A stretch of DNA of 64,000 bases, from assembly GCA_021525805.1 (NCBI GenBank), contig GCA_021525805.1_3940.1. One strand, given 5' to 3'. Positions 37,512 through 47,754 of this stretch are shown in pieces; positions within the stretch are counted from its first letter, which is position 1; every line of letters begins with the position of its first letter. The position numbers and the translations under genes are program-made. The stretch comes from a phage. The notes below the pieces were generated by a model. That model had not been told where the DNA came from. It worked only from the letters and a program-made list of their open reading frames with translations, and ran no database searches.

Positions 37512-37980
37512 AGAGTACCTACATTATGACCCCGAAACAGGGGTCTTTACTTGGATTAAGAAGTCTGCTAGACACACAAAAATTGGCTCTGTTGCAGGTA
37601 CAAATTTAAAAGGTTACACCAGAATTTATTTGTTTGGTAAGGGCTATTATGCACATACACTAGCTGTTCTGTATATGGATGGTTACCTCCCTGAGTGTGT
37701 TGACCATAAAAATCATGTAACACTAGATAACCGCTGGGTAAATCTTAGAGCATGTACGTTATCAGAGAACCAATGTAATAGATTGCTCAATAAGAACAAT
37801 AAATCAGGTGTTAAAGGTGTGTACTACAAAAAACAGTATGGTAAGTGGTCTACACAGATAACTTTTAAGAAGAGGGTCTACTTCTTCGGCAACTATGACA
37901 CTATTGATGAAGCAGCAGAGGTTGTAAATAGGGAACGTCAACGTTTACACAAAGAGTTTGCTAATAAAGGTGATGAATGA
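37489..37980 (+). CDS. HNH homing endonuclease (paralog 2)
   Basis: HNH-type motif VDHKNHVTLDNRWVNLR; shares a 30-nt identical stretch with paralog 1; track start 37465 is TTG. Confidence 0.6.
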   Translation: MLTQQTLKEYLHYDPETGVFTWIKKSARHTKIGSVAGTNLKGYTRIYLFGKGYYAHTLAVLYMDGYLPECVDHKNHVTLDNRWVNLRACTLSENQCNRLLNKNNKSGVKGVYYKKQYGKWSTQITFKKRVYFFGNYDTIDEAAEVVNRERQRLHKEFANKGDE

Positions 37981-38477
37981 GAAAAATAAAAGGTTTTGGC
38001 AATTGCCCTGAATATGGACATTGGGTTTCACTATGTGGTGAAGTTGACCCAGCAAAGCACTTTGGTTTTGTCTACCTAGTGTACTGCAAAAAGACTGGAC
38101 AGTACTATTTGGGTAAGAAACAGTTTAATAGCGTGACCAAAAGAAAAGTTGCTGGTAAGACTCGGAAGAAGGTAGTCACTAAGGAGAGTGATTGGATGAC
38201 TTATGAGACTTCTTCTGAGTATATTAAAAAAGATATTGAGAGCTTTGGAAAAGAATTTTTTGACTTTTACATTATCCAGACCTACTACACAAAAGGTGGC
38301 CTAGTCTATGGTGAAGCAAACCTTCAACATAAATTCGATGTAATGACAAAAAGGATTGACTCGAAGCTCAGACTCTTCTACAATGCCAATATTGCAGCAA
38401 TTAAGTTTATTACTAAAGAAACTTATGAAGATGCTGAAAAAAGAATCCATAAGGTAATGAAAGCAAATCGTGCTTGA
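37977..38477 (+). CDS. GIY-YIG endonuclease-like protein (candidate)
   Basis: GFVYLVYCKKTGQYYLGKK resembles GIY...YIG motif spacing. Confidence 0.4.
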   Translation: MRKIKGFGNCPEYGHWVSLCGEVDPAKHFGFVYLVYCKKTGQYYLGKKQFNSVTKRKVAGKTRKKVVTKESDWMTYETSSEYIKKDIESFGKEFFDFYIIQTYYTKGGLVYGEANLQHKFDVMTKRIDSKLRLFYNANIAAIKFITKETYEDAEKRIHKVMKANRA

Positions 38478-38483
38478 TAACTA

Positions 38484-38747
38484 TTGAGAGAGAATAAAAT
38501 GTTTAACAAAAGTAAAGCTGTGAGCCATGTAGCAAAAGTTGACAGCAAGATTGAAGAACTTGAGCGCATTCTTGCAAATGCTAAAGAGTCAATAATTAAA
38601 GAAGTTGAAGCTGTTGAATCTCAAATGCAGCACCTAATGCTTAAACGTCAAGAGCTACGTGAGCATCTAGAATATATTGAAACACGAGAGCTAAAGGTTA
38701 ACAAATATTTTAAGGAGTCCGAATGTTTAACTCAAGAGAATCAGTAA
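38484..38747 (+). CDS. Small coiled-coil protein
   Basis: 87 aa ORF. Confidence 0.3.
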   Translation: MRENKMFNKSKAVSHVAKVDSKIEELERILANAKESIIKEVEAVESQMQHLMLKRQELREHLEYIETRELKVNKYFKESECLTQENQ

Positions 38748-39478
38748 AAAACTGGAACCTTCGTTGTGGAAACACTCAAAAGCAACCTTACAGTGATGAG
38801 TATTGGGAATCTTTAAAATCTCAATCTCTGTGTATGCTTGAAGAAGCAAAAGAGCTTGTAAAAGCAATTGAAGAGAAAGACCCCATTGAGACACTGGATG
38901 CTCAGGCGGATTTGCAATATGTTCTTGACGGTTTGATTTATCTGTCACAACATGACCATAACGGCGCTATGAAAGCTGTTTGCCATAATAATGACCTGAA
39001 GTACACAGATGACTATGAAGAAGCTTTAAAACGTCTTGCAGACATTGAAAAGCGTACTGGTCAAGAGTGTATTATCAGAATGTCAGCAGTTGATGGTAAA
39101 GAGTGGTATGCGATTGTTCGTGCAGCCGATGGGAAGATTATGAAGCAATCAAATCTCCCTAAAGTACAGCTTGGTGAATACATTGTAGAGCTTGAAAGCC
39201 AAGAACTTTTTGTGGTAGTATCTGAGACATGCGTTATCTGCAAAGGTATTGTAGGTAGCTTAAAGGATTTGGGTGTAGATGGTTTTGTAGAAGTTAATCC
39301 AATTACCTCTAAAGCAGATAAAGACTTCTGTAAAGAGAACGGACTATGGATTGCAGATATTGTCTACTATGATGGTGAGCAGTTCCATGTAACCTCATAC
39401 CCGAAACTGAATTATGATGCTAATAACCTGAAGTGCTGGTTAAAAGGGGTTGGTTATAATGGATTCACAGAACATTAA
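38723..39478 (+). CDS. Hypothetical protein (possible MazG-like NTP pyrophosphohydrolase N-terminus)
   Basis: N-terminal EEAKELVKAIEE ... DLQYVLDGL pattern; weak. Confidence 0.3.
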   Translation: MFNSRESVKNWNLRCGNTQKQPYSDEYWESLKSQSLCMLEEAKELVKAIEEKDPIETLDAQADLQYVLDGLIYLSQHDHNGAMKAVCHNNDLKYTDDYEEALKRLADIEKRTGQECIIRMSAVDGKEWYAIVRAADGKIMKQSNLPKVQLGEYIVELESQELFVVVSETCVICKGIVGSLKDLGVDGFVEVNPITSKADKDFCKENGLWIADIVYYDGEQFHVTSYPKLNYDANNLKCWLKGVGYNGFTEH

Positions 39479-39782
39479 TAAAGAGGGTGTGGCTCAGAAG
39501 AGCCACTTCTCAAACTACAATATTTCTATGACGGTGTTTATGAATGACCCGTTACTAGAAAAATATGGTGAGACTCCAGATACACTTCTGGACAATGAAC
39601 AAGTTTTAAAAGCAGTCCTGTACAAATACGGGATTGATATTGAGAAAGAGTATTCCTTTGAAATCTGCCAACACAGGAATACTTTCGGTAAAGTTGTGAT
39701 GGCTCCACTCTTTATGGGTGTAGAAAGGACTGACTATGGTTGGTTGTATCTAAAAAGAAACTTGGAGAAATACCGTGTCTAA
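39450..39782 (+). CDS. Hypothetical protein
   Basis: 110 aa ORF. Confidence 0.3.
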   Translation: MVIMDSQNINKEGVAQKSHFSNYNISMTVFMNDPLLEKYGETPDTLLDNEQVLKAVLYKYGIDIEKEYSFEICQHRNTFGKVVMAPLFMGVERTDYGWLYLKRNLEKYRV

Positions 39783-40113
39783 AGCAAAAAAGCTATCTTA
39801 TGATGACATTATCTCAGGTGTTAAGCTAGGTGTTGACAGCATCGGACAAGACGTTAAGCACGGAGACACAGTTATGTACTGTGATGACCGAAGAGGTAGA
39901 AGTGCAATCTTGTTTGGAAGAGTTGTCTGCAAGATGCGAGGTAATTACGTTGTTGCAGACATGGATGTGAACGTTACACAAAAACTTGAAACAATTATGG
40001 ATGATAATACATCATCATGGTTCTCCCTGAATTGTATGCACACTTCTTCAGTCACAAAGGTAAGTGATAAGTTTTACGATATGTGGCAGAATGAGCAAAT
40101 TTTCAAGATTTAA
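39775..40113 (+). CDS. Hypothetical protein
   Basis: 112 aa ORF followed by terminator. Confidence 0.3.
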   Translation: MSKAKKLSYDDIISGVKLGVDSIGQDVKHGDTVMYCDDRRGRSAILFGRVVCKMRGNYVVADMDVNVTQKLETIMDDNTSSWFSLNCMHTSSVTKVSDKFYDMWQNEQIFKI

Positions 40114-40118
40114 ACTAG

Positions 40119-40142
40119 GGAGCCTCTTCGGAGGCTCTTTTC
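40119..40142 (+). terminator. Rho-independent terminator (UUCG tetraloop)
   Basis: gagcctc-ttcg-gaggctc followed by T-run. Confidence 0.6.
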
Positions 40143-40159
40143 ATCTGTAGGATTCAAAA

Positions 40160-42394
40160 ATGATTAAGACAATTAAAAAATCAAATGGTACAGTAGTAAG
40201 CTTTGACCCAGAAAGACTGAATAAATGGGCATCATGGGCAGATAAGCGTGGAATTATCTGGTCAGAAGTCACTATGGAAGCCATGAAACGTGTCTATGAG
40301 GGTTGCACTACAAAAGAGATGCACCAAGCCATGATTGATGTTTGTGTTGATAAACAAACTCAAGAGTACTCAGATATGGCTGGACGACTGCTTTTGGGTA
40401 TTATCTACAAAGAAGCCTTTGGGGGCTTTACTAAGGTTCCTACGCTGGTTACCTTCGTTAAAAACATGGAGAGGGCGGGACTTTGGGAGAAGATGGACTA
40501 TTCACAGGAAGAGCTTGAATACCTGCAAGGTTACATCGTACACTCAAAAGATATCTCTTACGGTTATGCAGTCTTGAAACAGTTCAGAGACAAGTATGGT
40601 ATCCGTGATATTAAAACGGGAAGACTTTTTGAGTCGCCGCAATTTATGTTTATGGGTATGGCTATGAAAGCCTTTGAGAAGCAACCAAAGCACCGTAGAC
40701 TACAAGATGTTATCAAGCTGTACACTTATCTATCTGACCTGAAGATTAACGCTCCTACGCCTTATCTGAATGGTTTACGTGCTACCAAGTCAGGTTATGC
40801 GTCATGCTGTTTGATTAAGGCAAATGATACTGCTGAATCTCTTGGCATTGCTGCAAAGGTTGCTTATGATATGACTACAAAGCAAGCTGGTATTGGTATG
40901 CTGATGGAGACTCGCACTATTGGTGATGGCATCCGTCAAAATACTATTGAGCACATGGGTAAGCTGCCTTATTACAAGCTTGTACGTTCATCTGTAGAGG
41001 CAAACAAACAGAAGAGCCGTGGTGGTTCAGCTAACAACTTCTACACCGCTCTAGACCCACAGATTGAAGATTTACTGCGTTTGAAGCACCCTACAACGGT
41101 TCCTTCTAAACGTATTAATGAGATGGACTACTCATTCGGTACAAACGATTATTTCTGGCAGTGTGTTCAGTATGATACAGATTGGTTGTTATTCTCTTAC
41201 AAAGATGCACCAAAACTCTATGACATGTTCTACACAGCATCTGCTGATGAGTTTGCTATGGCAGTTGGTCACGCAGTACATTCTGGTGTTAAACACAGAC
41301 GAGTAAAGGCTCGTGAAATTGCTAAACTGTTTATCCAGCAGCGTTATGCAACAGGTCGTGTGTACCCATTCTTCACGAACAATGCAAACACACATACACC
41401 ATTTAAAGAACCTTTGAAGATGTCAAATCTTTGTATGGAGATTGTGTTGCCAGTGTACGGCTTTGAGAAGGAGACAGACCTTTACAGAGATGATGCTGTG
41501 AAAGAGGATGGTGAGGTAGCTCTTTGCTTCCTAGCTAGTTTGGTTGCAGGGAGAATTTCAGAAGATGAATACGCTGACGTTGCTTATTATGCTCTTGCAA
41601 TGGTTGACTCCGTTATTGACCTTATGGATTATCCGTATCCGTCGATGCGCAACCATGTTCAGAAGCGTCGCTCTGTTGGTATTGGCCTTACAAATGTGGC
41701 TCATTACCTTGCGAAAAACTATGTGAACTACTCTTCAAGAGCAGGTAAGACAAAGCTTCACGAACTTGCAGAGATGCACTCTTACTATCTGCATGAAGCT
41801 TCTTTAAGACTTGCTAAAGAACGTGGTGTACCTGAATACATGAAGTTCACTAAGTATCCTGAAGGTTGGGTTCCTCCGAAGACAGCTAACAAGAAGATTG
41901 ATGAGAAGCATGATGCAAAACTAAGATATGATTGGGATGACTTAGCACAACGTATCAAAGAAAATGGTGGCATCCGCAACTCTGTATTAGAAGCTTACAT
42001 GCCTAATGAGAGTTCTTCACTGGCAACTAATACGACAAATGGCTTGTATCCAATTCGTGACTTTATTTTAACTAAAAAGTCTGCAACTGGTAACGTACTG
42101 TTTATTGTTCCAGATTACGAAGAGTTGAAGTATGTCTATGAAATTGCTTGGGATATTGACACCTTTGACCTGATTGATTGTTATGCAATTGTTCAAAAGT
42201 TCACTGGTCAAGCTATCTCTTCAGATTTCTATGTTGACTACGCAAAAGCGAAGAAGGTATCATTGGCTCAAGCTTTGAAGTATATGATTTATGCCAACTC
42301 AGTAGGTATGAAAACCATGTACTACCTTAACAGTCGCATTGGTGTAGGTAAATCTGCACTACAAGATGCTTATTGCGAGGGTTGTGGTGTTTAG
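40160..42394 (+). CDS. nrdA: Ribonucleotide reductase class Ia large subunit
   Basis: 744 aa; N-terminal ATP-cone-like region; adjacent to nrdB and a glutaredoxin. Confidence 0.8.
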   Translation: MIKTIKKSNGTVVSFDPERLNKWASWADKRGIIWSEVTMEAMKRVYEGCTTKEMHQAMIDVCVDKQTQEYSDMAGRLLLGIIYKEAFGGFTKVPTLVTFVKNMERAGLWEKMDYSQEELEYLQGYIVHSKDISYGYAVLKQFRDKYGIRDIKTGRLFESPQFMFMGMAMKAFEKQPKHRRLQDVIKLYTYLSDLKINAPTPYLNGLRATKSGYASCCLIKANDTAESLGIAAKVAYDMTTKQAGIGMLMETRTIGDGIRQNTIEHMGKLPYYKLVRSSVEANKQKSRGGSANNFYTALDPQIEDLLRLKHPTTVPSKRINEMDYSFGTNDYFWQCVQYDTDWLLFSYKDAPKLYDMFYTASADEFAMAVGHAVHSGVKHRRVKAREIAKLFIQQRYATGRVYPFFTNNANTHTPFKEPLKMSNLCMEIVLPVYGFEKETDLYRDDAVKEDGEVALCFLASLVAGRISEDEYADVAYYALAMVDSVIDLMDYPYPSMRNHVQKRRSVGIGLTNVAHYLAKNYVNYSSRAGKTKLHELAEMHSYYLHEASLRLAKERGVPEYMKFTKYPEGWVPPKTANKKIDEKHDAKLRYDWDDLAQRIKENGGIRNSVLEAYMPNESSSLATNTTNGLYPIRDFILTKKSATGNVLFIVPDYEELKYVYEIAWDIDTFDLIDCYAIVQKFTGQAISSDFYVDYAKAKKVSLAQALKYMIYANSVGMKTMYYLNSRIGVGKSALQDAYCEGCGV

Positions 42395-42449
42395 TTTTAA
42401 TAACTATGAGGGTCGTAAAAGACCCTCTAAAATTAACTTTGGAGAGACT

Positions 42450-42707
42450 ATGAAAGACTTAATAGAAAAACATGAGCGGCCTATATACTTGCTCCACAAG
42501 CCTCGGAAAACGATGTACTATGTGAGTAGCACAGATATGATGATAAAACAAAATGATGACTCATGGGTTGCTGGTATCTCTTACATCTCTACAGCAGATG
42601 GTAAAATCTACGCAAGACCTTATGAGATGTTTAACAAAGAAAACTGGGAAGTTTTAGACAGAAAACAAGCCCTAGAAATGATAAAGAAAGGAGAAATCAC
42701 GCTATGA
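42450..42707 (+). CDS. Hypothetical protein
   Basis: ATG at 42450 with GGAGAG upstream; track start 42366 overlaps nrdA. Confidence 0.3.
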   Translation: MKDLIEKHERPIYLLHKPRKTMYYVSSTDMMIKQNDDSWVAGISYISTADGKIYARPYEMFNKENWEVLDRKQALEMIKKGEITL

Positions 42708-43777
42708 TTAACCAGCACCCAATCTTTTTAGGTGGTGAGAGAAAAACTTTTGACTCACTTAATAAACACTACCCAAAAATCTTTGAACTTTATAAACAAC
42801 AAAAAGCACAAGACTGGTCAGAAGATGAGTTCCCTTTTGAACAATCACGTCTTGATTTTGAGAGTGTCCCAGCATCAATGTCAGGTGTAATGCTTGAGAT
42901 TCTTAAGTGGCAATGGGAAGCAGACACTCAAGTTGCTAAGAGCTTGGCATTTGCCTTTGCACCTTTTATCTCTGATGACATCTATGCAACTGCAATTATG
43001 AAGCAGTCTGAGATTGAAAACCTACATGCTCTTACTTACTCAGAGATTGTAAGGCAATGTATTAAAAACCCTGAAACAATCTTAGATGAGATTAACCAGA
43101 ATGTTGCTGTGCAAGACCGATTAAAAACTGTGAATCGTGTTCTTGAAGAATTACTGGATGAAGGTATAAACTATCGTCTGAGTTATGTTCGTGATTCACT
43201 TCTGGACAAAGACCCTTTACACTTCCATAAAGTGATTCTGAAAGGGCTGTTTGCAGTGACTGCACTTGAAGGTATATCTTTTATGGCATCATTTGCATGT
43301 ACTTTTGCACTTGATGCTCAAGATAAATTTCAGGGTATTGCTCAAGCGGTACAGAAAATTATGCTTGACGAAATCCTTCACACTAAAATTGATATTGAAG
43401 TTTTAAAAGAAACTTTAAGAGATGATGAGTGGCAGAAAGCTTTTCAACAAATTCTTCCAGAGATTAAAGTAATCTTAGATGAAGTAGTTGAAAGTGAAGA
43501 GAAATGGTCGTATTATATCTTCTCCGAAGGACGTGCTGTAGTTGGCCTAAATACAAAGCTTCTTCATGAGTGGGTTTACTATAATGCTGCCCCACTGTAT
43601 GATATGTTTGGCATTCCCAGAGATTTTGTAGCTCCTAAAGAACCACCTTTGAAGTACATGATTAAGAAGATGGAAATTGATAAAGAGCAGAATGCTAATC
43701 AGGAGCAACAGAACGGTGCGTACCTGTTGAATACTGTTGTAGATGATTTGAATAGTGGATTTTTAGAGGTTCCTTAA
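42704..43777 (+). CDS. nrdB: Ribonucleotide reductase class Ia small subunit
   Basis: 357 aa, coupled downstream of nrdA; size and position. Confidence 0.7.
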   Translation: MINQHPIFLGGERKTFDSLNKHYPKIFELYKQQKAQDWSEDEFPFEQSRLDFESVPASMSGVMLEILKWQWEADTQVAKSLAFAFAPFISDDIYATAIMKQSEIENLHALTYSEIVRQCIKNPETILDEINQNVAVQDRLKTVNRVLEELLDEGINYRLSYVRDSLLDKDPLHFHKVILKGLFAVTALEGISFMASFACTFALDAQDKFQGIAQAVQKIMLDEILHTKIDIEVLKETLRDDEWQKAFQQILPEIKVILDEVVESEEKWSYYIFSEGRAVVGLNTKLLHEWVYYNAAPLYDMFGIPRDFVAPKEPPLKYMIKKMEIDKEQNANQEQQNGAYLLNTVVDDLNSGFLEVP

Positions 43778-44019
43778 TGACTTATGTAATTTACTCCAAA
43801 ACTGGATGCCCTCAGTGTGATACTGCAAAGAATTTTGCAAAAGCTCGTGGTATTGACCATGTTGTGAGAATGTTAGGGCAGGACTATGAGCTATCAGACC
43901 TGATGGATATTGCACAGATGCCAGTTCGTCAGATGCCATTCATCATGAAAACTGATGGACAAAACCTAAAGCCTGTTGGGACGCTACAGAATTTTATGGC
44001 AGAGGTGAATAATGCTTAA
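43777..44019 (+). CDS. Glutaredoxin/NrdH-like redoxin
   Basis: CPQC active-site motif near N-terminus; 80 aa; coupled to nrdB. Confidence 0.6.
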   Translation: MTYVIYSKTGCPQCDTAKNFAKARGIDHVVRMLGQDYELSDLMDIAQMPVRQMPFIMKTDGQNLKPVGTLQNFMAEVNNA

Positions 44020-44218
44020 ACGCCTTTGGGAAGGTTTGGTTGTTGATGCACCAGCTATTGTGATTGGTATGCTTATTGTTAACCTATTTACTGACTTTGA
44101 ACAAGGTTCATTGTTTGGAGCTATGTTACTATGGGTTATCTTTGAAATATTAGAGATACAGTTAGGTATAACTGAAAAACTAAGAGAACTCTTTTCGAAG
44201 TTTTCTAAAAAGATTTAA
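44012..44218 (+). CDS. Small membrane protein
   Basis: Hydrophobic 68 aa ORF. Confidence 0.3.
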   Translation: MLKRLWEGLVVDAPAIVIGMLIVNLFTDFEQGSLFGAMLLWVIFEILEIQLGITEKLRELFSKFSKKI

Positions 44219-44225
44219 AATGAAA

Positions 44226-44248
44226 GGGTCTCTTCGGAGACCTTTTTA
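44226..44248 (+). terminator. Rho-independent terminator (UUCG tetraloop)
   Basis: ggtctc-ttcg-gagacc followed by TTTTT. Confidence 0.6.
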
Positions 44249-44266
44249 GCATGTAAAGGGGCAATA

Positions 44267-45463
44267 ATGAACAAAGTACAGATTATTAAAAAGAATGGCT
44301 CACTCGAAGAACCTGATATCAAAAAAGTTTTAGCAGCAGTCACAAAGTCAGCTAATAGGGTTGGGTATAAAGAACTTCCACCAGATGTTACCCAAGCTCT
44401 TGAGTCAGCATTTATGAGAATTCTGGTAAAGTCCACTAAGCAGAATAATTTGCTAATTTCTGTAAATGATATTCACAGTATTGTTGAGGGTGCTTTGGCA
44501 GAAGTCAATCACGAGATTTATGAGTCTTACTCAACATATAGAAATTACCGTAAAGAAGTTGCTCAAAATTGGGATGAACTCTACCAGAAGACCAAAGATA
44601 CACTCTTCTTAGGTGACAGAGAGAATGCTAACTTTGACAGCAGTTTAATTTCTACAAAAGGTTCAATTATTCGTGGTTATCTGACTAAAGAAATCTTTAA
44701 ACAGTACCACTTAACACCAGAGGAACTTGAAGCCATTGAAAAAGGGTTTATCTATATCCATGATTTAAGAGACCTAATTTTTGGTGGTATCAACTGTTGC
44801 CTGTTTGACATTGGTAAAGTCCTGAAAGGTGGCTTTGAAATGTCTGGCATTGAATATTGTGAACCGAAGTCTGTACTATCAGCCTTACAGGTTATTGGTG
44901 ACGTAGTTCTTTCAGCAACTGCACAGCAATTTGGTGGCTTTACTTTAGCAGAGATTGATAAGGTACTTGTGCCGTATGCTAAGAAGTCTCTACGCTATCA
45001 TGCTGAGAAAGCAGCATCTTACGGTATTCCTAAAGAACATTACCACAATTATGTCATGGAGCAGCTACAGATTGAACTGACTCAAGGTTTCCAGTCACTT
45101 GAAATGAAACTAAACACTGTACCTTGTAGTCGTGGGGATTTTGCATTTACAACTTTGACATTCGGGTTACTTGACTCAGATATGTCCAATGAAGATAACC
45201 GACTACAATACATGATTGCAAGCACTCTCCTAGATGTTCGTATGAATGGACAAGGTAAGAGCAAGAAACCTGTTGTATTCCCTAAACTGGTTTATATTTA
45301 TGACCAGAAGAGACACGATGAGAATATCTGTCAAGGACACCTGTACAGTAAAGCTATAGAGTGTTGCTCTAAAGCGATGTATCCAGATTTCTTAAGTGTA
45401 TCTGGTCATGGTGCTGTAGCAGAGGCTTTTGAGCGTTCTGGCAAGGTAATTTCGCCGATGGGT
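44267..45463 (+). CDS. nrdD: Anaerobic ribonucleotide reductase, exon 1
   Basis: N-terminal ATP-cone-like segment; exon ends ...ISPMG at GGT (U at -1), then in-frame TAA that begins the intron. Confidence 0.7.
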
Positions 45464-46205
45464 TAACAAACTCTATAGCTCATCTAAAACGTGCCTAAAC
45501 AGGGAAACTCTACAGATGTAGACAATCCTGTGCTAAATGATGTAAGATGTAAGAAACTATATAACATAGGAGTATTACATGCCAAATTATCATGTTACTG
45601 AAGACGGAAGAGTCTTTAGAGAAAATGGTGTAGAGCTTACACAGTGGAAATCCAACACTGGGTATATGAAAGTAAAGTTTTACGGTAAGAAGAATCGTGA
45701 CATGTATGTCCATAGGTTAGTTGCTGAGAAATATGTACCTAACCCAAACAATCTTCCAATTGTAAAACACAAAGATGATAACAAACTGAACAACCATGCT
45801 TCTAACTTAGAATGGGGAACTCATTCTGAGAATGTTAAAGAAGGCTATGAGAATGGTTGCTACAAGTTTTGTAAGCGTTCATATGCTGTGAAGGCCACAC
45901 ACAAAGTGACAAAAGAAGTTATTGCTGCCAAGTCAATACGAGAGTTATCCAATATACTCGGATATAATCGCAAGACTATCTCTTCAATATTGAAGGGTGT
46001 AAAAGAGCATAATAACTTTGAACATGAATTTGAATACATCTAAACGCCGAACGACTAACCGTGATGAATGTAGCGGTGTAGGGTCAAGCGACTCGAAATG
46101 GTACGCTACTTAGAAATAAGTAGAAGATATAGTCTGGACTTACTGGCGACAGTAAGCAGCTTGAATAAAGCGGGGTAAGCTTAGCGAACTTACCTGAACA
46201 ACAAG
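45464..46205 (+). mobile_element. Group I intron in nrdD carrying an HNH endonuclease ORF
   Basis: 742 nt interruption; boundaries GGT|taa... and ...aag|TGT (omega G) restore ISPMG-CRAFL across the junction. Confidence 0.6.
45579..46043 (+). CDS. Intron-encoded HNH homing endonuclease
   Basis: HNH-like segment (HKDDNKLNNHASNLEWGTHSEN); ATG with GGAG RBS inside the intron. Confidence 0.6.
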   Translation: MPNYHVTEDGRVFRENGVELTQWKSNTGYMKVKFYGKKNRDMYVHRLVAEKYVPNPNNLPIVKHKDDNKLNNHASNLEWGTHSENVKEGYENGCYKFCKRSYAVKATHKVTKEVIAAKSIRELSNILGYNRKTISSILKGVKEHNNFEHEFEYI

Positions 46206-47153
46206 TGTAGAGCATTTTTATCACCATACCATAACGAATATGGTGAAGAGTTTTATGTCGGTCGTGCTAACATTGGTGCTGTATCTTTGAACTTACCAAT
46301 GATTTACCAGTATTCTAAAGAGAATGGTTTAGATTTCTGGAAAGAGCTTGATAAGTACCTAGAGATGATTCGCAGCTTCCACAAGAAACGTTACGAAATG
46401 ATTGCTAATATGCCAGCAAGTTCTAACCCTCTTGCATTCACACAAGGTGGTCTGTACAAAGGGAATAAGAAACCTACTGACAAGGTTGGCTGGGATATCG
46501 TGAAGTCCTTCACAGCTTCTTTTGGGGTTACTGCGCTTGATGAGCTATCTGTTCTTGCTGAAGGTAAACGACTTCATGAAGTTGGAAGCTGTAGTTTTGC
46601 ATATGATGTTCTGGAATATATCAACATGAAGACTGAAGAGTTTAAAAATGAAGACGGTTTCTTATATGCAGTCTATGGCACTCCAGCAGAATCACTTTGT
46701 GGAACTCAGCTAAAACAGTTCAGAGATATGTTTGGCGTTATCAAAGGTGTTTCTGATAAGGAATACTTTACAAACAGCTTCCATATGAATGTTGCAGCAG
46801 ACATTACACCATTTGAGAAGCAGGACTTAGAAGAACCCTTCTTCCATATCTGTAGAGGTGGTAGAATCCAGTATGTAAGAGTAGCTAACCCAGAAAACTT
46901 ATCAGCACTTAAAAGTTGTATTACAAGAGGGATGTTGAAAGGTTTTTATCAGGGACTTAACTTTGACTTAGCAATCTGTGAACATTGTGGTAACAGACCA
47001 AAGGCTGATGTTGAAGAATGTGAGGTTTGTCATTCACACGATATCTCTGTGATTAACAGGGTGTGCGGGTACTTGTCATTCACAAAAATTAAAGGTCAGT
47101 CTCGAATGAATGACGCAAAAATCGCTGAGATTCGTGACAGGATTTCTATGTAA
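46206..47153 (+). CDS. nrdD: Anaerobic ribonucleotide reductase, exon 2
   Basis: Begins CRAFLSPYHNEYGEEFYVGRANIGAVSLNLP; C-terminal glycyl-radical motif RVCGYLSF. Confidence 0.65.
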   Translation, partial: CRAFLSPYHNEYGEEFYVGRANIGAVSLNLPMIYQYSKENGLDFWKELDKYLEMIRSFHKKRYEMIANMPASSNPLAFTQGGLYKGNKKPTDKVGWDIVKSFTASFGVTALDELSVLAEGKRLHEVGSCSFAYDVLEYINMKTEEFKNEDGFLYAVYGTPAESLCGTQLKQFRDMFGVIKGVSDKEYFTNSFHMNVAADITPFEKQDLEEPFFHICRGGRIQYVRVANPENLSALKSCITRGMLKGFYQGLNFDLAICEHCGNRPKADVEECEVCHSHDISVINRVCGYLSFTKIKGQSRMNDAKIAEIRDRISM

Positions 47154-47164
47154 AACTTGACAAG

Positions 47165-47551
47165 GTGGTGTGGGTCTTGATAGGCTTACATCACCTTTTT
47201 ATTTGGAGTTACATTATGGACTTGTGGCTTTATGTAGCAGTTTGTGGGATTGTATGTCTGATAATCTTATTTATTCTTGGGATAATGCGATTTAGAGACA
47301 TCATACAGTCAGATTTTTTGCCTGAGTTTGCCATGATAGTTGGAGTTATTGCACTTTGTGTCTTGGCGGTGTTCTATTCATACAAGACTGTGATATGGAT
47401 GAAGGCAAACAATTGTGTAAAAACTCATCAACATCGTGAGGTTACTTATTTTGTGAGTGTACTTAGTGGGAATACCACTGTACTTGTCCCACAAACTTCT
47501 GTAGAGTATCTTTACACATGTGATAATGGTAAAACTATATGGTGGAATTAA
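47165..47551 (+). CDS. Membrane protein
   Basis: Two hydrophobic helices; real start may be ATG at 47216. Confidence 0.3.
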   Translation: MVWVLIGLHHLFIWSYIMDLWLYVAVCGIVCLIILFILGIMRFRDIIQSDFLPEFAMIVGVIALCVLAVFYSYKTVIWMKANNCVKTHQHREVTYFVSVLSGNTTVLVPQTSVEYLYTCDNGKTIWWN

Positions 47552-47754
47552 CAATGGCAACGCTCTTAAAGGTATTGACACCCATACTACACATAGCAAT
47601 CTTCTTCTTTGGTGTTAGTGTTATGGTGTGGGGTTTCTCAGACCCACAATGGAGTCTCTCATATCATGGTCAGATGGATTTATGGTCATGCTTCAAACCA
47701 TTTTTAGGGTTAGCTATAGCATTCAGTACATTACCAACTAAGGTGAAATTATGA
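47539..47754 (+). CDS. Small membrane protein
   Basis: Hydrophobic 71 aa ORF. Confidence 0.3.
   Translation: MVELTMATLLKVLTPILHIAIFFFGVSVMVWGFSDPQWSLSYHGQMDLWSCFKPFLGLAIAFSTLPTKVKL

Noticed and set aside
47157-47185. Promoter after nrdD (TTGACA at 47157).
   Set aside because: No acceptable -10 hexamer at 15-18 bp spacing; likely a chance -35 match.
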